Notes under the pieces: generated by a model | Seen by the model: only the letters and a program-made list of their open reading frames with translations | Database searches by the model: none | Told to the model about the DNA's origin: nothing | Position numbers and translations under genes: made by a program | Shown: piece by piece, positions 9,752 through 17,886 of the stretch | How positions within the stretch are numbered: position 1 is the stretch's first letter | Layout: each line of letters starts with the position of its first letter | DNA from: a virus | DNA length: 64,000 bases | Direction: 5' to 3' (one strand) | Virus record (IMG/VR): IMGVR_UViG_3300042564_002372 | Coordinates: 1-64,000 of that record

Positions 9752-9951
9752 TTCTTCTTCTTTGAAGTTTTTGGCTTATAACCAGCAGGAGGAGCACCAA
9801 TTGTACTCTTCTGCTTTTTGTAATCAGCTTGTTCTTTTGCTGACCACTGTTTTGCTCCAGAAGAAACTTTTGATTTAACCAAAGAGTCTAGTTCACTAGT
9901 TGCCTTTTTTGTAGAAACTCCCATTTGAGCTTTTTTCATAATCTTTTTCAT
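9748..9951 (-). CDS. small Lys-rich protein with KKAQMG tag
   Basis: MKKIMKKAQMG...; start moved to ATG 9951 directly after the upstream stop. Confidence 0.7.
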   Translation of the reverse strand: MKKIMKKAQMGVSTKKATSELDSLVKSKVSSGAKQWSAKEQADYKKQKSTIGAPPAGYKPKTSKKKK

Positions 9952-9952
9952 A

Positions 9953-10531
9953 TTAACAACCGTTTTTACATTTACCACCACCCATCATTTTCTTCACAGT
10001 CATGCCTTTCTTAGCTACTGATTTCTTTGCTGTGATTTTTCCACCACTTTTGAAAGTTGGTCTTTTCATTTTACCACTCTCCAAGGCTTTTACCATATCA
10101 TCCACTATCATTTGCTTATCTCTACCTGGCTCACTCGTTAATCTGTCCTTCTTAAGAACTTTTCCACTTTTATCCGAAACAGTGTAATTATATGTTTGAA
10201 GATCTTTTTTATAATCAGGTAAGTTTCTTTGATTTTTATAACCAGTAGTATCAACAGACATCTTTCTATCATCACCAAGTGCAATATCCATCATTCCTCT
10301 TTTTAAGCTTTTGGCTTTCACTAAAGCTTCAGGAAGCATTGTTCCATCTTGAGCTTTTTTCATTGGTTTCTTAGCAGCAACTTTAGTACCATACTTGGCT
10401 TTACCAGCAGCTTTCATTTTAGCACCAGCAATTCTATCAGCTGCTGTAGGATTAGGGTTCTTATCAATACCTGCTTTCACAGAAAGCATTCCAAAACTTT
10501 TACCAGATTTGGCTTTTGCAATTTTTTTCAT
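9953..10531 (-). CDS. Lys-rich putative virion core protein with multiple AQxG/xxGG tags
   Basis: KAKSG, KAKYG, KAQDG, FKSGG, MMGGG motifs. Confidence 0.75.
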   Translation of the reverse strand: MKKIAKAKSGKSFGMLSVKAGIDKNPNPTAADRIAGAKMKAAGKAKYGTKVAAKKPMKKAQDGTMLPEALVKAKSLKRGMMDIALGDDRKMSVDTTGYKNQRNLPDYKKDLQTYNYTVSDKSGKVLKKDRLTSEPGRDKQMIVDDMVKALESGKMKRPTFKSGGKITAKKSVAKKGMTVKKMMGGGKCKNGC

Positions 10532-10566
10532 GATATATAAATGTTTTGTTTGAATTGTCGAATGTT

Positions 10567-10577
10567 TAGTAAATTTA
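10567..10577. promoter_or_regulatory. conserved TAGTAAATTTA element in a divergent promoter region
   Basis: Identical 11-mer at 21252-21262 in the other divergent region. Confidence 0.5.
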
Positions 10578-10623
10578 AAAATAATTTGTATATTTTTTAC
10601 AAAACCAAAATTTTATTAAATGT

Positions 10624-10878
10624 ATGGAACAAACTGATGTTTTAAACCCTTTTGGAACCCACGAAGTGTTGAAGGTCATTGACGAAAACAAGAAGCCTAA
10701 CGAGTGGTGGAAAGATTATGTCTCACTCAATGAACCTGAAATTGAAAATGAATTCTACGTTCTTTTCCCAGATGGTCTCCTGGTTAAAAAAGGGAGAACC
10801 AAATTCAAAACCAGCGACTACCTCAAGGATCAAAAGTTCAAAAGCTTTAAGTCCTACTATGAAGAAGTTCAGGTTTGA
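10624..10878 (+). CDS. hypothetical protein
   Basis: 84-aa ORF with AAAACCAA leader. Confidence 0.7.
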   Translation: MEQTDVLNPFGTHEVLKVIDENKKPNEWWKDYVSLNEPEIENEFYVLFPDGLLVKKGRTKFKTSDYLKDQKFKSFKSYYEEVQV

Positions 10879-11287
10879 AGGTAATCCTAATCTTTATGGT
10901 TGGAAGACAAAACCTGTTGTAGGCAGTGTTTACACTGTCAAAGAAATGAACTTCATGAGACACCACTCTGGAAGCTGGGTGGGTATTACAGAAAAGGATG
11001 TATTAAAATGGAAAGACTTTGTACCAGTTGATATGAATAACTTTGACGAGAAAGTGAAAGAAGTTCTCAATGAGATTGAGACTCTTTTAATTAGTAAGAA
11101 TGCTAAGTATGGTAACTCAGCACTAGAACCACTAGGTGTGTTCAGTCAGTTGTCCGCAAAAAACGGACTACTGGTCAGGATAGATGATAAACTCAAGAGA
11201 ATCAAGAATGGTAGCCTTGAGAAGGATGATGAAGATGTCATCAACGATCTTATTGGTTACCTAGTGCTGTTAAAGATTAGTGGATAA
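10859..11287 (+). CDS. nucleotide-modification-associated domain (DUF1599/Nmad1-like, all-alpha NTP-PPase fold) protein
   Basis: KNAKYGNS...LLVRIDDKLKRI...DLIGYLVL; start moved to ATG 10859. Confidence 0.7.
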   Translation: MKKFRFEGNPNLYGWKTKPVVGSVYTVKEMNFMRHHSGSWVGITEKDVLKWKDFVPVDMNNFDEKVKEVLNEIETLLISKNAKYGNSALEPLGVFSQLSAKNGLLVRIDDKLKRIKNGSLEKDDEDVINDLIGYLVLLKISG

Positions 11288-11633
11288 TGTAAAATATATT
11301 TTACAAATGAGTGACTTATCTTTCATTGTGCTTTACATTACGTATTAATGCATGAGAAATCATACGTATTAGTGCATAAAAATTTAGTAAAAATTCATGC
11401 ACATTTGTCGCACATTTAGTGAGTTTTTGCGAAATAAAACTTGCCAAATGTCCCAAATATTGTAGGTTTTGGGGACGAATCACTTAACTATATTATGGCA
11501 CTTTTTCTATTTGCTGCCAAAACACGTAATGAAATCGTGACAAATACGGAAGATATTCGAATTACGAGGGTAAATTTTACAACTTTCTACCCTCGTTAAC
11601 TTATAAGTTACCAAATTGGGAACTTTTGTTAAC
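11288..11633. repeat. non-coding array of about 11 distinct inverted repeats between convergent genes
   Basis: e.g. TGTAAAATATATTTTACA, GTGCAT..ATGCAC, TCGCA..TGCGA, GTCCC..GGGAC, TGGCA..TGCCA, ACGAGGGTA..TACCCTCGT, TAACTTATAAGTTA. Confidence 0.75.
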
Positions 11634-11635
11634 CT

Positions 11636-12178
11636 TTAGAATAACTTCTTACTAATTCCCAAACTGTGAATTCTTGTCACAGGTTGATATTGGTATTGAA
11701 AAAGATATTTGTTGTCCAAATAGGAAACTTTTGCGCCTGGATCTAACAGAGAGTTGATGCTTGCGCCTATATATATTCCTTTAGGCTTTTGTATAATGGT
11801 CTTAGTCTCTGTGTTGGTGATTGTATTCGTAACTGTAGGGATTTTGAAATCGTTTGTTACACTCATTTTAAGCACGTCTCCCAGCACTTCTCCACTAACA
11901 TAGGTGTTACCATATTCGAAAGGAGTTGTTGTGCTGAAGCTCTTAATTGTAGGCTTGTAATCAACAAGAATTGTATCCCTAAGAACTTCTGTTTTTATCT
12001 TAGTTTTAGGGATGTACACTGTGTCCTTAATCTCTTTGTAAACTGTATCAGTTTCTGTTTTTGTAGAGAATCTGTAAACTTCTTCTGCTTCAGGCTTTGG
12101 ATAGATAATAAATGTTAGAATCACTCCTGCAAAAAATGCTAGGATAGCAATTTGGATTTTTTGTGTGTCAGGTATCAT
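11636..12178 (-). CDS. membrane-anchored protein (N-terminal TM helix, beta-rich C-terminus), possibly spanin-like
   Basis: IAILAFFAGVILTFII; DTVY/DTIL repeats; ends in LGISKKLF. Confidence 0.65.
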   Translation of the reverse strand: MIPDTQKIQIAILAFFAGVILTFIIYPKPEAEEVYRFSTKTETDTVYKEIKDTVYIPKTKIKTEVLRDTILVDYKPTIKSFSTTTPFEYGNTYVSGEVLGDVLKMSVTNDFKIPTVTNTITNTETKTIIQKPKGIYIGASINSLLDPGAKVSYLDNKYLFQYQYQPVTRIHSLGISKKLF

Positions 12179-12185
12179 ATTGGTT

Positions 12186-12284
12186 TTAAATTTTAGGCCA
12201 CTGCTGGTGGTTATTCTGAAAGTTGTTTGACAGCTTTATTCCTAACCAAATTTCTTTTAGAATTGATTTAAACTTTGCTAACAT
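12186..12284 (-). CDS. small hypothetical peptide (not in ORF track)
   Basis: MLAKFKSILKEIWLGIKLSNNFQNNHQQWPKI*, TAATG-coupled to the upstream gene. Confidence 0.5.
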   Translation of the reverse strand: MLAKFKSILKEIWLGIKLSNNFQNNHQQWPKI

Positions 12285-12505
12285 TATTGTTCAATGTGTA
12301 GGTTGTCTTGTTCTAATATTTTTCTCAACTCTTCCCTACACCATTTATAGGCATTGTAGGTTTCGTCAGATAATTCTTTGTATTTCATTTCAGAACGAAG
12401 CAACTGATCAAAGTCCCAAATGGCACTCTTGTAGTTATGTCCATTAATTGCTGCCTGAAAGTCGCTATGTTCTTCAGGTAAATAAAATTCTAAGATTGCT
12501 TTCAT
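12284..12505 (-). CDS. conserved hypothetical phage protein
   Basis: MKAILEFYLPEE... 73 aa, coupled overlaps. Confidence 0.75.
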   Translation of the reverse strand: MKAILEFYLPEEHSDFQAAINGHNYKSAIWDFDQLLRSEMKYKELSDETYNAYKWCREELRKILEQDNLHIEQ

Positions 12506-13377
12506 AGTGGGAATTTAATAGAGTCTATCAAAACACTGTAAGTATTTGTACTTTTTGATTGATGTCTTTTCATATTGAATAAGATAATTCTACCACCTGT
12601 AGGTTTTGGAGGAGCACCACGTTCAATGTGCCATCCATGTGATCCATCACCGTATTCTTCTTTGTATGTTCCAACAATGCAATGGTGAATTTCTTTCTGC
12701 TCCAGCTCATATTCACGCTTTCCACGATTGAATTTGAGAACATCCCTCACATCATTTCTACACCAGTTCTCGTGTATATGACCAAGAACAAATATATCCA
12801 TGTTCTCATACATTTCAAGAGCTCTTGTGAGGTTAATTGCGCCTTTCGTTACGATACCTCCACCACCAGAGCCGTGGAAATACTTAAGATGTTTAACAAG
12901 TGATACACTACTGTAATTTAACTTTATAGAAACCCATCCACCATATCCACCCACTTGAACATTTGTTTTGTTCTTGTAGTTGAGAAGGTCTACAAATCTC
13001 TGTAGAACATCTGTCTCCTGGTATTTGATAATGCTAGTCTCATGGTTACCGTATCCAATCACTGTAAACAGATGTGCGTATGGACTGAACCATTCTACAG
13101 CTGTCTCAATAACAGAGTCTAGGTATTTAGCGTTGTTGTGTTCTGGTCTAATGTCTGATTTATTAGCTCTACGATCGCCCCTGCCCTGCATGAGGCAAAA
13201 TAGGTCTCCGTTGATCAGGATGGGTATCTTATTGGTCTTACAATAGTCTAGATGATCCTTGAGCTTTGCTCTATCACATTTAGGATTGTCCCAGTGTAAG
13301 TCTGATATGATTGCTAGCTTATAGTCTTTTAGTTCTAAAGAATGTACATTCTTCAGTATTCTTTCTATTTTAAACAT
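12502..13377 (-). CDS. calcineurin-like metallophosphoesterase
   Basis: SDLHWD, NGDLF, GNHE, FHG, GHIH motifs. Confidence 0.9.
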   Translation of the reverse strand: MFKIERILKNVHSLELKDYKLAIISDLHWDNPKCDRAKLKDHLDYCKTNKIPILINGDLFCLMQGRGDRRANKSDIRPEHNNAKYLDSVIETAVEWFSPYAHLFTVIGYGNHETSIIKYQETDVLQRFVDLLNYKNKTNVQVGGYGGWVSIKLNYSSVSLVKHLKYFHGSGGGGIVTKGAINLTRALEMYENMDIFVLGHIHENWCRNDVRDVLKFNRGKREYELEQKEIHHCIVGTYKEEYGDGSHGWHIERGAPPKPTGGRIILFNMKRHQSKSTNTYSVLIDSIKFPL

Positions 13378-13515
13378 TGTGCGGAGCTTTAGTTGATTTA
13401 TTCACTGACCACGTAAAAAGTTTTGGTCTCTTGGAATTAGTTGATTTTAAAAAGTCGAAGTTATAACGTATGTGCTTAGAACACATAACTAAAAAAGTGA
13501 TATATAATATGATTG

Positions 13516-13788
13516 CTAGCAGTTCCACTTTCTCAGTGCTAAGGCTTTTCTTGTGGGTTTGCCATTGGGCTTTGTCATAGGGCCCTTTACACCAGACATT
13601 CTAGCACAGAAAGACTTGCGTCTTTTTGCAGGCTTGCTATCTGGGTCAAGCTTAGATGGCTTAGTTGTTACAGCCATCTTTAACTTGCTTCCAGGATTCT
13701 CTCTTCTGTAGGATGCTACACCTTTACGATTGAGGCCACCTTTAGGATCTTTACCTTCTTTTCTTGTCCAAGCTGCTGTCTTTGCCAT
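13516..13788 (-). CDS. small basic phage protein (DUF6321-like)
   Basis: GGLNRKG..SY...PGSKLK...RRKSFCARM...ALRKWNC. Confidence 0.75.
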   Translation of the reverse strand: MAKTAAWTRKEGKDPKGGLNRKGVASYRRENPGSKLKMAVTTKPSKLDPDSKPAKRRKSFCARMSGVKGPMTKPNGKPTRKALALRKWNC

Positions 13789-14150
13789 TATCCTTTCTTT
13801 TTAATAGTTGATTTTTTAATAGGAAACCCATTTTTATCATAACCTGGCTTACTCTTTCTAGATTGTCTTAAAGCATCATCTTGTGCTTTTAAGGCTTTGC
13901 TAATATATTCTTTTTCTTTAGCAGTTCTTTCTTTCCGCTCTTCTGAAGCAAGTTTCCCTCCATAAGGTGCATTTCTAACTTTTGCAGATTTAGCAAAATT
14001 AGTTTCAGATAAACGGTTATAATAAGCAGTACTATCTGCCGTAGGTTTTACAGATGTACCTTTCTGAGCTTTTGCTAAAGACTTAGGTTTTTTACCAGCT
14101 TTCTTCATTGACACAGCTATTGCAGCTTGTTGTGTTCTACTTTTTGCCAT
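13788..14150 (-). CDS. Lys-rich protein with KAQKG tag
   Basis: MAKSRTQQAAIAVSMKKAGKKPKSLAKAQKG; start moved to ATG 14150. Confidence 0.7.
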   Translation of the reverse strand: MAKSRTQQAAIAVSMKKAGKKPKSLAKAQKGTSVKPTADSTAYYNRLSETNFAKSAKVRNAPYGGKLASEERKERTAKEKEYISKALKAQDDALRQSRKSKPGYDKNGFPIKKSTIKKKG

Positions 14151-14526
14151 TTCCTTTTCCTTTATATTTATAATCAGGATTATCTTTGTGCCACTTCTTC
14201 GTAGAAGCAACACCTTGTTTAACTGTTTTAGCTCTTCCTATTTTAGTAAGGTTGATGGTGTCCCATTTACCTTTATCCATTGTAGGATGGTTTACCATTA
14301 TGTCTCCCTTCTTAGCTTTGCCTGCATTCTTTGTAGCCTTGTACACTACATGGTTTTCCCCACCAGCTTTCACCTTCACCTTTCCACCATTCTTTAGTGT
14401 AGAGCCCTTAAATGGTCCTTTCTTTTTAACGAGAGGACCATTTGGAACAGGCGTAGCGTTTATCTTCTCTGGAAGAGAGTTACGCATTTTAGGTGCAGCT
14501 TTTAATAGGTTTTTGATGGATGTCAT
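14137..14526 (-). CDS. Lys-rich hypothetical protein (LKNGG tag)
   Basis: 129-aa ORF in a coupled operon. Confidence 0.7.
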   Translation of the reverse strand: MTSIKNLLKAAPKMRNSLPEKINATPVPNGPLVKKKGPFKGSTLKNGGKVKVKAGGENHVVYKATKNAGKAKKGDIMVNHPTMDKGKWDTINLTKIGRAKTVKQGVASTKKWHKDNPDYKYKGKGNGKK

Positions 14527-14951
14527 TAGTATAACTGAAATACATTACTTGCATCTGTAGAATCCACTGCAATAAACCCAACATTAGAAATCTCATAGAT
14601 ATATAATGGTGGATATACAACAGAATAAAGCGGAGCACGAAGTGTCAAGTTATTCCACTTATCAGTATATCCAGCAGCAACAAGAGCTTGTTCAGCTTCT
14701 GCTTCTGTCATTTCTAAAGGTAGTTTTATAACTAGACAGTCTAGATATGGAGAATTCATACCTTTTACAACAGTGTTGCCATGCCCATCAACAAGTACTT
14801 GATAAGATGGATATTTCATATCTCCCTTAAAAATCACTTGCATAGCATGCATTCCCTTACCTGTAAAAGCTTGGTAGAGTTCAGCAATCTTTGATTCCTG
14901 CTTCACTGCTTCTACAGCAGCTTCAAGCATTTGATTAAAGTTTAGAAGCAT
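14526..14951 (-). CDS. hypothetical protein
   Basis: 141-aa ORF, TAATG coupling. Confidence 0.7.
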   Translation of the reverse strand: MLLNFNQMLEAAVEAVKQESKIAELYQAFTGKGMHAMQVIFKGDMKYPSYQVLVDGHGNTVVKGMNSPYLDCLVIKLPLEMTEAEAEQALVAAGYTDKWNNLTLRAPLYSVVYPPLYIYEISNVGFIAVDSTDASNVFQLY

Positions 14952-14952
14952 A

Positions 14953-15330
14953 TTACTTCTTCATTTTCTTTAGTGTCTGAGCAAGACGAGCTCTTTGACC
15001 AAGTTTACCAGGCTTCTTTGCAGCAGCTGCAAGTTTACCAGCAGGAATTGGTTCACCCTTCTTAGCACCAAGTTGTGCACGTAGAGCTCCTGGCTTTTTG
15101 ATAGCCTTCTGAATCCACTTACCACCTTTAGCTTTTTCTACCTCACCACCCTTTTTCATCATCTTGGTAGCACCAAGTTCTTTGTCTGGAGCAAGGCTCA
15201 CTTTAGTTTTTGCATTAACTGGAGGCAAGTTTCTTTCTTGCACTTTAGTCCAAGCACCATCAGGATCAACAGGTCCTACACGTTTTGGTTGAGTTTTAAC
15301 AACACCACCAGCTTGCATTTTCTTTTTCAT
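14953..15330 (-). CDS. Lys-rich putative virion protein
   Basis: MQAGG, MKKGG, KAKGG tags; KWIQKAIKKPGALR...RARLAQTL motif common in small phage proteins. Confidence 0.75.
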   Translation of the reverse strand: MKKKMQAGGVVKTQPKRVGPVDPDGAWTKVQERNLPPVNAKTKVSLAPDKELGATKMMKKGGEVEKAKGGKWIQKAIKKPGALRAQLGAKKGEPIPAGKLAAAAKKPGKLGQRARLAQTLKKMKK

Positions 15331-15473
15331 TTCTTTTTAGATTTAGATTGTGCCTTAATCTTTTTTTCTTGCTTGAGCATAGCAGCAGTGGGTTTTTTCC
15401 CACTGCCTTTGTTTGCTCTAATATTGTCCCAAAGACCTCTTTGAGAATAGGAGCCATCAGCTCTCTTAATCAT
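15327..15473 (-). CDS. small basic protein (not in ORF track)
   Basis: MIKRADGSYSQRGLWDNIRANKGSGKKPTAAMLKQEKKIKAQSKSKKK*, 48 aa, overlaps both neighbours. Confidence 0.7.
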   Translation of the reverse strand: MIKRADGSYSQRGLWDNIRANKGSGKKPTAAMLKQEKKIKAQSKSKKK

Positions 15474-15717
15474 TTCCTTCTTCATTTTTGTTAATGGTTA
15501 ATTGTGTAGGAGCAGGTTTGATTTTGCCTGCCTCAACATTCTTAGCCATAATGCTGTCAAGAGCTGTATTAGCCTTGTCAGCAAGGATGATTGCTGGAGC
15601 TTCTGGAAGGTTTAGAATGCTTCTTACAGCATTTACCACCATTGCAAATTCCTGACCATTTAGTTCAATCTTTTCATCTGGAGACCAGACGTACTTCTGT
15701 GTTGGATCGTAAGACAT
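15466..15717 (-). CDS. hypothetical protein
   Basis: MSYDPTQKYVW...; start moved to ATG 15717 behind an AAACCAA leader. Confidence 0.7.
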   Translation of the reverse strand: MSYDPTQKYVWSPDEKIELNGQEFAMVVNAVRSILNLPEAPAIILADKANTALDSIMAKNVEAGKIKPAPTQLTINKNEEGND

Positions 15718-15730
15718 AATTGTTATTGGT

Positions 15731-16012
15731 TTATAAAATGATTTCAAATGATATTGTGCCTGTAGTCTTAATACTCTTTGACAAGTTTAGTCTGATTCCA
15801 TATATGTTATGAAACTTCAGCACCTCATCAAGTAGCATTCCTATATACTTAGGATGACTTGGGGCAAGTCTAAATTGATATGAGTTGGAGTTCTTTGTGA
15901 TTTGCAAAGAAGAAAGCTCATCGATTGAGTCAATCATTCCTTCTAACCTTGCAAAGTAGACCATGTCGTTATCCTGCATGATCTCTGGAAAGAACTTCTT
16001 TACTATATCCAT
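15731..16012 (-). CDS. hypothetical protein
   Basis: 93-aa coupled ORF. Confidence 0.7.
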   Translation of the reverse strand: MDIVKKFFPEIMQDNDMVYFARLEGMIDSIDELSSLQITKNSNSYQFRLAPSHPKYIGMLLDEVLKFHNIYGIRLNLSKSIKTTGTISFEIIL

Positions 16013-16428
16013 TAAGATAAAGTTAGTAAATATTTAGTTTTAGCCGCTTCACCAGACAAAGAATCTGCAAGATTTGCAATGTCATGATATGAATTTATTT
16101 CAGCGTAAGATTTTAATGATGATGCAAATGCCATTAATTCAGAAACAACAGCCTCAGCTGATGTAGTGATGATTGGTTCTATCCTCATGGAAGTAGGTCT
16201 TCTACCTGTATATCCCATTAGCTTCTCAATCACACCATCTTTAAAGTCATGAACATAATCATACAATCCACCAAGTGCTTGATGCTCTGCATAGCTTGTA
16301 GTTTGCCAGTGCAACAAATGTAGTTGCTCATGGAAGTATGTTAGCTTAGAGGCAATGGACTCTAGAGACATTGCTCCTTGTCCATTGCCTTTGCTAATCA
16401 TTTCCTCTGGAAATAATGATTTTGCCAT
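16012..16428 (-). CDS. Dps/ferritin-like four-helix protein (DUF5856-like)
   Basis: LHLLHWQTTSYAEHQALGGLYD...D..IE...G; ends YLLTLS; true start MAKSLF at 16428. Confidence 0.8.
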   Translation of the reverse strand: MAKSLFPEEMISKGNGQGAMSLESIASKLTYFHEQLHLLHWQTTSYAEHQALGGLYDYVHDFKDGVIEKLMGYTGRRPTSMRIEPIITTSAEAVVSELMAFASSLKSYAEINSYHDIANLADSLSGEAAKTKYLLTLS

Positions 16429-16667
16429 TATCCTGGAGATGTAGTTGTAGTAGTAGTAGTAGGTGCTACGGTTGTAGTTGTAGTTGTTGTAGGTGCCACT
16501 GTGGTAGTCGTTGTGGTTGTAGGCGCACAGCACTCGTATGCTGGAACCTCTTTCCAATTACCAACTTTAGGCATTTGTCTTCTTAGGATCAAGCTACCTG
16601 CTACTACACGTCCGCTACCATCGTAACGTACATACGCTTTCAAATCTTTTCTGTTGTAAGCTCCCAT
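16428..16667 (-). CDS. small protein with mucin-like (T7-VAP) tail
   Basis: ...ECCAP(TTTTTTTVAP)2TTTTTTTSPG*. Confidence 0.75.
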   Translation of the reverse strand: MGAYNRKDLKAYVRYDGSGRVVAGSLILRRQMPKVGNWKEVPAYECCAPTTTTTTTVAPTTTTTTTVAPTTTTTTTSPG

Positions 16668-16680
16668 AATTGTTTTACGG

Positions 16681-17697
16681 TTAATAGGTTAGGTTATATT
16701 TATTTTTTAGTTCTTTAATTTTATTTGCATAGAACCATGTGCAATATTTTTGTGATGTTTCATCATTAAGGATTGCATCTAGATGTGGATCTTTTGTTGG
16801 ATCTCCGCCATTGTGATATTTCCCTTTGTAGAAACAATGATATGTTCCATTGTGGGTTGATACAATTCCTGCATTATGAAACAGGGTATTTTCTTCTAGT
16901 CTTTCAATTGGATCAGTTGCCCAAGAGAAATTCATTTCTTTAATCACTTTTGTTTGTTGCCCTCTGAACCATAGATTCCAAAGAACAGCCCACATATCCG
17001 CACACCAGCTTTGATATCCTGCATTCTCACTTTCGAAGAACTCTTTGTTTATCTTTTGTAGATAAACTCTGATCATCATGCAGTCATTCATCACCTTGTC
17101 CCAGAATGTGGCATCAACATCTTTAAGGAAATATTGTGCTCCTCCTGAATGTTCGTTGTTGTCAATAGCTATTTGCTTATCGACACCAACTAAGCTCATC
17201 ACTTCTCCAAGAATGTCTCTAGTTTTATACTCCTCCAACTTATTTGGAAGAACGTCTTTCTCTTTACTCTCAAAATATCTAGCATTGATGTAGCTGTTTG
17301 TATCTGACAAATAGCAAACATCATCTTGTGCATAATCATCTACATTGAAATTCTTTGTGAATAGCACATCAGAATCGCAATAGAATATTGCTTTGCTGCT
17401 AAGATCTGGATTTGCCTTGAAGTGTTTCCACAACGTCCAAGGTCTAAGGATTGGAATGTATATAGGTAAATACTTATCTAAATCACCCTCGTCTTGATAG
17501 AAGTGAAACTCTGCTTCTGGATACAAATTGATAATTTGTTCCCATTTTGTGTTCTTCGCCCTTCCTGTTGGAATGTAAAGAAGAACAATTGCCTTATCAG
17601 AGTGTCCTATTTCTTTGAGACTTTCCAACCATAGATGCACTTGCCATGTAAAATAAGTGTCATCTGGCTGAACGCAGACAAATCTAAGATCCTTCAT
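16681..17697 (-). CDS. GT-A fold glycosyltransferase, putative peptide O-glycosyltransferase
   Basis: FYCDSDVLF (DxD), GGAQY, WCADMWA, LFHNAG. Confidence 0.65.
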   Translation of the reverse strand: MKDLRFVCVQPDDTYFTWQVHLWLESLKEIGHSDKAIVLLYIPTGRAKNTKWEQIINLYPEAEFHFYQDEGDLDKYLPIYIPILRPWTLWKHFKANPDLSSKAIFYCDSDVLFTKNFNVDDYAQDDVCYLSDTNSYINARYFESKEKDVLPNKLEEYKTRDILGEVMSLVGVDKQIAIDNNEHSGGAQYFLKDVDATFWDKVMNDCMMIRVYLQKINKEFFESENAGYQSWCADMWAVLWNLWFRGQQTKVIKEMNFSWATDPIERLEENTLFHNAGIVSTHNGTYHCFYKGKYHNGGDPTKDPHLDAILNDETSQKYCTWFYANKIKELKNKYNLTY

Positions 17698-17728
17698 ATT
17701 TAGTTGTTATTGGTTTTTAATTTTCTCT

Positions 17729-17869
17729 TTATGGAGCAGCAGTGGTTGTAGTGGTGGTGGTAGTACTTAGACTAGCAGTCACCTTAATCAACTGGTCAAG
17801 CTGATTAGAAATTTGCCAAAGAAGATTACTCTCCTGACTCCATCCTATTTGTTTATTTGGAATACCCAT
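17729..17869 (-). CDS. 46-aa poly-Thr mini-protein, paralogue of the N-terminus of the upstream gene (not in ORF track)
   Basis: MGIPNKQIGWSQESNLLWQISNQLDQLIKVTASLSTTTTTTTTAAP*. Confidence 0.8.
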   Translation of the reverse strand: MGIPNKQIGWSQESNLLWQISNQLDQLIKVTASLSTTTTTTTTAAP

Positions 17870-17886
17870 ATTATTATTTTTTAATT

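Noticed and set aside
10679-10858. Long overlap of ORF 10679-11287 with 10624-10878
   Set aside because: TTG-start extension; an in-frame ATG at 10859 gives a normal short overlap
11288-11633. Possible CRISPR or mini-array
   Set aside because: No repeated unit with spacers; each palindrome is different and no cas genes are present
16429-16557. Tyr/Asn-rich N-terminal extension of the Dps-like ORF
   Set aside because: Out-of-frame read of the upstream poly-Thr gene; the real start is the TAATG-coupled ATG at 16428
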